A stretch of 40,289 nt of DNA from Jimgerdemannia flammicorona (Eukaryota): the NCBI GenBank assembly GCA_003990765.1, contig RBNJ01000124.1:1-40289 (forward strand), read 5' to 3'. The notes under the pieces are model-generated. The model did not search any database. It was not told where the DNA came from and saw nothing but the letters and a program-made list of their open reading frames with translations. This document shows positions 36,601 through 40,289 of the stretch, piece by piece (the stretch's first letter is position 1; each line of letters starts with the position of its first letter). The position numbers and the translations under genes were made by a program.

Positions 36601-39600
36601 CTTCATCCTATGGGACTGATTTCGAAAAACATAAGCAGTCGACAAAAGCACCAAACTACCTTACCCTGTATTGCACTGCAATAGGATCAAATATCGAAAT
36701 AACGCACGCGGCAGAGTCGTCGTACTTGCATCGCGCCACGTTCGCCAGCATTTCCAGGCTCTCAAGCAACGCGTCTTCATTGTCCAACGGATCTGCAAGT
36801 AAATAAAGTCGGGGGTGACAAGGGCAGGCATGGGATGAAAAAAAGATTCATATGCGCTATTGACATTTAACAGGCGATGCGAAAAATCCAGTTTACCATC
36901 CATCGCCTGCTCTAGCGTAGGCTGCACGGACGCTATCCGCGATGAAGCATAAGCCCTTGTCAACTGTAGGCCGAATTAAAAAAGGAATATCAATTATGAA
37001 CATCACCCAAGGGCTATAAAATTGCGGGCCATGCACCAAGAGAACATAAACTAATTCCGAGTTCACCTACCTCAATGGTGATCGTCTCAAGCTTGCTCGC
37101 TGACGCAGGTCGCGCATGGCTCAGCGCCGACACCATTTTAGACCAGAACGTGAGCAAGTACTGCGTGCTGTTGGGCGCCCACTAAGAACGAAACGAAGAA
37201 AGCCCAAATTTATCTTTTCCTGGATTCAAACAGTATGCCAAAAACTACATTGCACAGCACACGCATAATAACTAAACCGGATCTTTTGTGCATTACTCGT
37301 CCACCATGCTTCGTTGTCCATCCCGCTCTACCCATCTTACAAACCCACCCTTACCTGCCAAGCTGAGAACCCCTTCACCGAAAACGTCGCAACTAGCTCA
37401 ATCCATTCAACATAATTCGTTTTCTCCGCGATTTCGTTAAGCTGATAAGTAGACCGAAATCGGGCGAGCATGCGACAGAATTCGTGATAGTTATTGGGAT
37501 CCTCCATGCCCTGCGATACCACTAGGATGTCGCGTATACCAGTCATCATCTGCACAATGAACTTGGAGCGCTCTTCTTCGTTGAAGAGAGAACGGCGAAC
37601 GGATGCGACTTGCACTAGGCATTCCATCACCTGATGGAGTCGGAATGGAGATATGTTTAGGAGGATATGTATGATAGTGAAACTTTGGATTCTTGAACCC
37701 GACAGGCGCAAGGCCACGCAGTAAGATATAGAACTATTGCAATGAATTGAAATTCCACGCACCTTGGCAGAATGCGGCGACCCAAACTCTCGATAGCAGT
37801 CGAAAATAGTTTGTAAAAACGTCCCATCTTCAAAAACTGCCTTCCACGCGCTCGGTACCTGAGAGTTCCAAACAAATTGGATCGCAAATGAAAGTTTAAT
37901 TTACTATAAGAAATCATTTATATATTCGTCTACTTTGTTTAGGATTCCCTTCTTTCAAAGTTTCCTTGTTTTACTCCCCATAGTCATGAGAACATCACGC
38001 ATACCTGAATGCTCCCCGCGTCCTCTCCAGATTCATCCGGCGTCGTCCCGATGAAGTCGAATGTGAGGCAGTTGCGAAACAAGCTCAATGCCATCTCCTT
38101 CATTCGATTCTCTTGTTCAGCTGTACATACGCAAATATTCGCGTTAACAAAGGCAAAAAGCAAAAGATTACAATACTGAATCATATCACGAGTTATAAAC
38201 CTAGCATGCTCAACTTGAATAAACGAACGCATTGGATTGCAGACACGCTAGGGGAGAAACACGTACATTTATTGAATGGCACCTGTCTATTGAGCAGCTC
38301 TCTCAGGATATTGTAGCCAGTCTTGAATATCTCGAGGAGTTGATTATCTCTGAATGCTACGGCTGCAGATTGAATTACGGTGATTTTTCAACATGTGAGA
38401 TGAAAGACAACTCTGCAGTAACCAACTCCACGGGTAGAGAAATCGACCATTTTACAACCTCGAATCATCAATGGACAGGGGAAATCGGGAACTCTCGAAC
38501 CTCAGCCAGGAACCTTCTTTATATCTGAATGACTACTCCAATTTGCATACCTGTCTTCCGATGCCTTGCCAAATTGCGCGGCGGTATAGGTTGGTTGATT
38601 TCCTGCACTACTACACCCAAAATTTGTAGTCCCACAATACGATGCTCGATTGTCGCCTAATTTTTTTTTTTTTTTTTTTTTTTTTTTTCCCGGAAATATG
38701 AATCCAGTCATGGGAAAGGCAAGCCGGGGGAGTTTGGGAGAGGGGGGGGGGAAAGGTGGGCAATAGATAAATATGGCTGGCATTTGTGATCTTGCAAACA
38801 GCAACATAACAAGCTATCTCTTTTCATTTCCGTTGATGCTCCCACAATCGACACTAAATCGACAATTTTCCACGGACAACCCGTGTTGTTGTGTACTTCT
38901 ATCACAACGATTTTTAACGTCACTTATTACCCATCCATTGTTCACAAATTACCTGCAAAAATTTCGACAGATCTTCATTCACATTTCGAAAATCATCTGC
39001 ATCGAACCAGCCCAGTTTAGTCAACATCGCAAAAAGCTGGGCGATTTGGTTGATGACGAAGTGCGTAAGGTCCGGGTGTTGGCCGGCGTATGTGAGCACA
39101 AAGTTACCTGAGGCGTCAAGTAGTTAAAAAAAAAAAAAGCTTAGTTTAGCGCGATAATTTTGTGGTGGCTGGGGATCGCCGTCGCTCAGATTTTTTAAGC
39201 CAGCAATGGCGATTAATGTAGAGAATGTATTTGCATTTGCACTGAGAATTGAGGACGCGCGACAACGCGAACACAGGAAGAGACGAACAGATAAGTCTTA
39301 CGTAGAGTCGTTTTGAAATCAGCCGGGAAGACGGAAAAGTGATCCGTTACGATGATTCTGAGTCTCGACAATGCAAACATTTGAGCCCAAGGTGAAGGTG
39401 AATTCTCAAGAAATATCTGAAGCGCGTAGGCCGATTCTGCCGGTGTACGCGGACTGGCAGCGACCTCGCCATTTGTAGTTCTGACGCTGGAGCTGTCAGA
39501 GAAGGTCGGGAACGAAATGTCCAGGATCTTCTCGGCTTCGGCGCGTTGTTCTGGGGCTGTCTGGCCGTTATAGAAGTCCAGACAGAGTTTCTCCAACAAT

Positions 39601-39623
39601 CTAAGCTGATCTGGGTTGCTCAT
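33601..39623 (-). CDS. XPO7: Exportin-7 / RanBP16-17 family karyopherin, 21 exons, ~1104 aa
   Basis: Manually spliced at GT-AG sites. Exons: 39623-39302, 39107-38953, 38656-38551, 38362-38267, 38120-38005, 37858-37763, 37630-37355, 37181-37071, 36963-36897, 36792-36665, 36558-36436, 36321-36121, 35970-35897, 35807-35727, 35604-35343, 35250-34974, 34839-34785, 34699-34540, 34416-34042, 33935-33867, 33765-33601. Total 3315 nt, in frame to TGA. XPO7-typical peptides: LTKLGWFD, RHRKTAVAFRD, CLTFDFIGT, ASVRRSLF, NYHEFCRML, QQFRKSYVG, NGILLFRETSK, YVNFGVF, QWSLSRPLLGL, KNRDRFTQNL. Confidence 0.93.
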
Positions 39624-40261
39624 CACGAAAATACGTGTGTTTCCTGGTGTGAAATAGAATTGAGGTGGTTTGGGCGAGGGGGGGAGGATAGGAAGTCAAG
39701 AAGAAATAAACGGGTGGTGGGAGAGAGGGGGGTGTCGTGTATGTACGTGGTTGTGGCTGACAGAATTTTGAGGCCATGTTTCACGACCAGGTGACAGACA
39801 CATGCATGGCAGAGGCAGTGGTGGCAGCAGGGTCAAAAGGCAGATCAGAGTCTGTCTGTCTGTCGGTCAGTTGACTGCCACACCCCGCCCCCTCCGACTC
39901 TCCGACCGACCCACCGGACTGTATATAATTGTCTGACATGCCCACACACACCACACGGAGGCTACGTCCTGCAAATCGTCATGAGCATGTGTTTCATTTT
40001 TTGTTGGGTGGACAATAACCATCTTGATGTGACTGTCCTTCCTTGTGTGTTTTCCCTTTTCCCTTGGCTCCTTTTCGCTGTTTCAGCCTTGGGTGTGTGC
40101 ACTGCTGATGAAAGATGTGACTTGCAATAAATTCCATAATCGGATTTAATTTATGCTGAAAATGGATCCCTTCAGCCCACACATCCTGCACCCAAAAAAA
40201 CGTTTATAGCCCCCCTGCTTTCCTTGATCTCTTCACTCGTTCCCCCCCAAACCCACACCAC

Positions 40262-40289
40262 CCCCCCCCCCCCCCCCCCCCCCCCCCCC
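40262..40289 (+). repeat. Poly(C) run at the window end
   Basis: Terminal homopolymer, probably where the assembly broke. Confidence 0.6.

Overview
Eukaryotic sequence, most likely from an early-diverging fungus (Mucoromycota-like; this is an inference). The window has two compartments. (1) Positions 1 to ~32,800 are a nested transposon graveyard almost devoid of CpG and full of C->T/G->A-derived stop codons. It holds two related minus-strand Ty3/Gypsy elements (A and B) with the order gag-PR-dUTPase-RT-RH-INT. Element A is interrupted by an endonuclease-less Penelope-like element, a solo LTR of family B, a younger 2.06-kb solo LTR (family C), a truncated LINE and a near full-length L1/Tx1-type LINE. 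There are also two fold-back hAT-type MITEs and a ~310-bp micro-inversion. (2) From ~32,880 on, CpG is normal and there is an intact 21-exon exportin-7 (XPO7/RanBP16-17 family) gene on the minus strand (~1104 aa). The most notable observation: after reverting C->T stops, three different Ty3/Gypsy families each carry an accessory ORF with a shared motif (Y-x-[IL]-G-x-LL ... I-x-[KR]-[KR]-x3-[LI]F ...). The ORF lies after pol in family A and entirely inside unusually long LTRs in families B and C. All translations and alignments were made by eye; no database searches were run.
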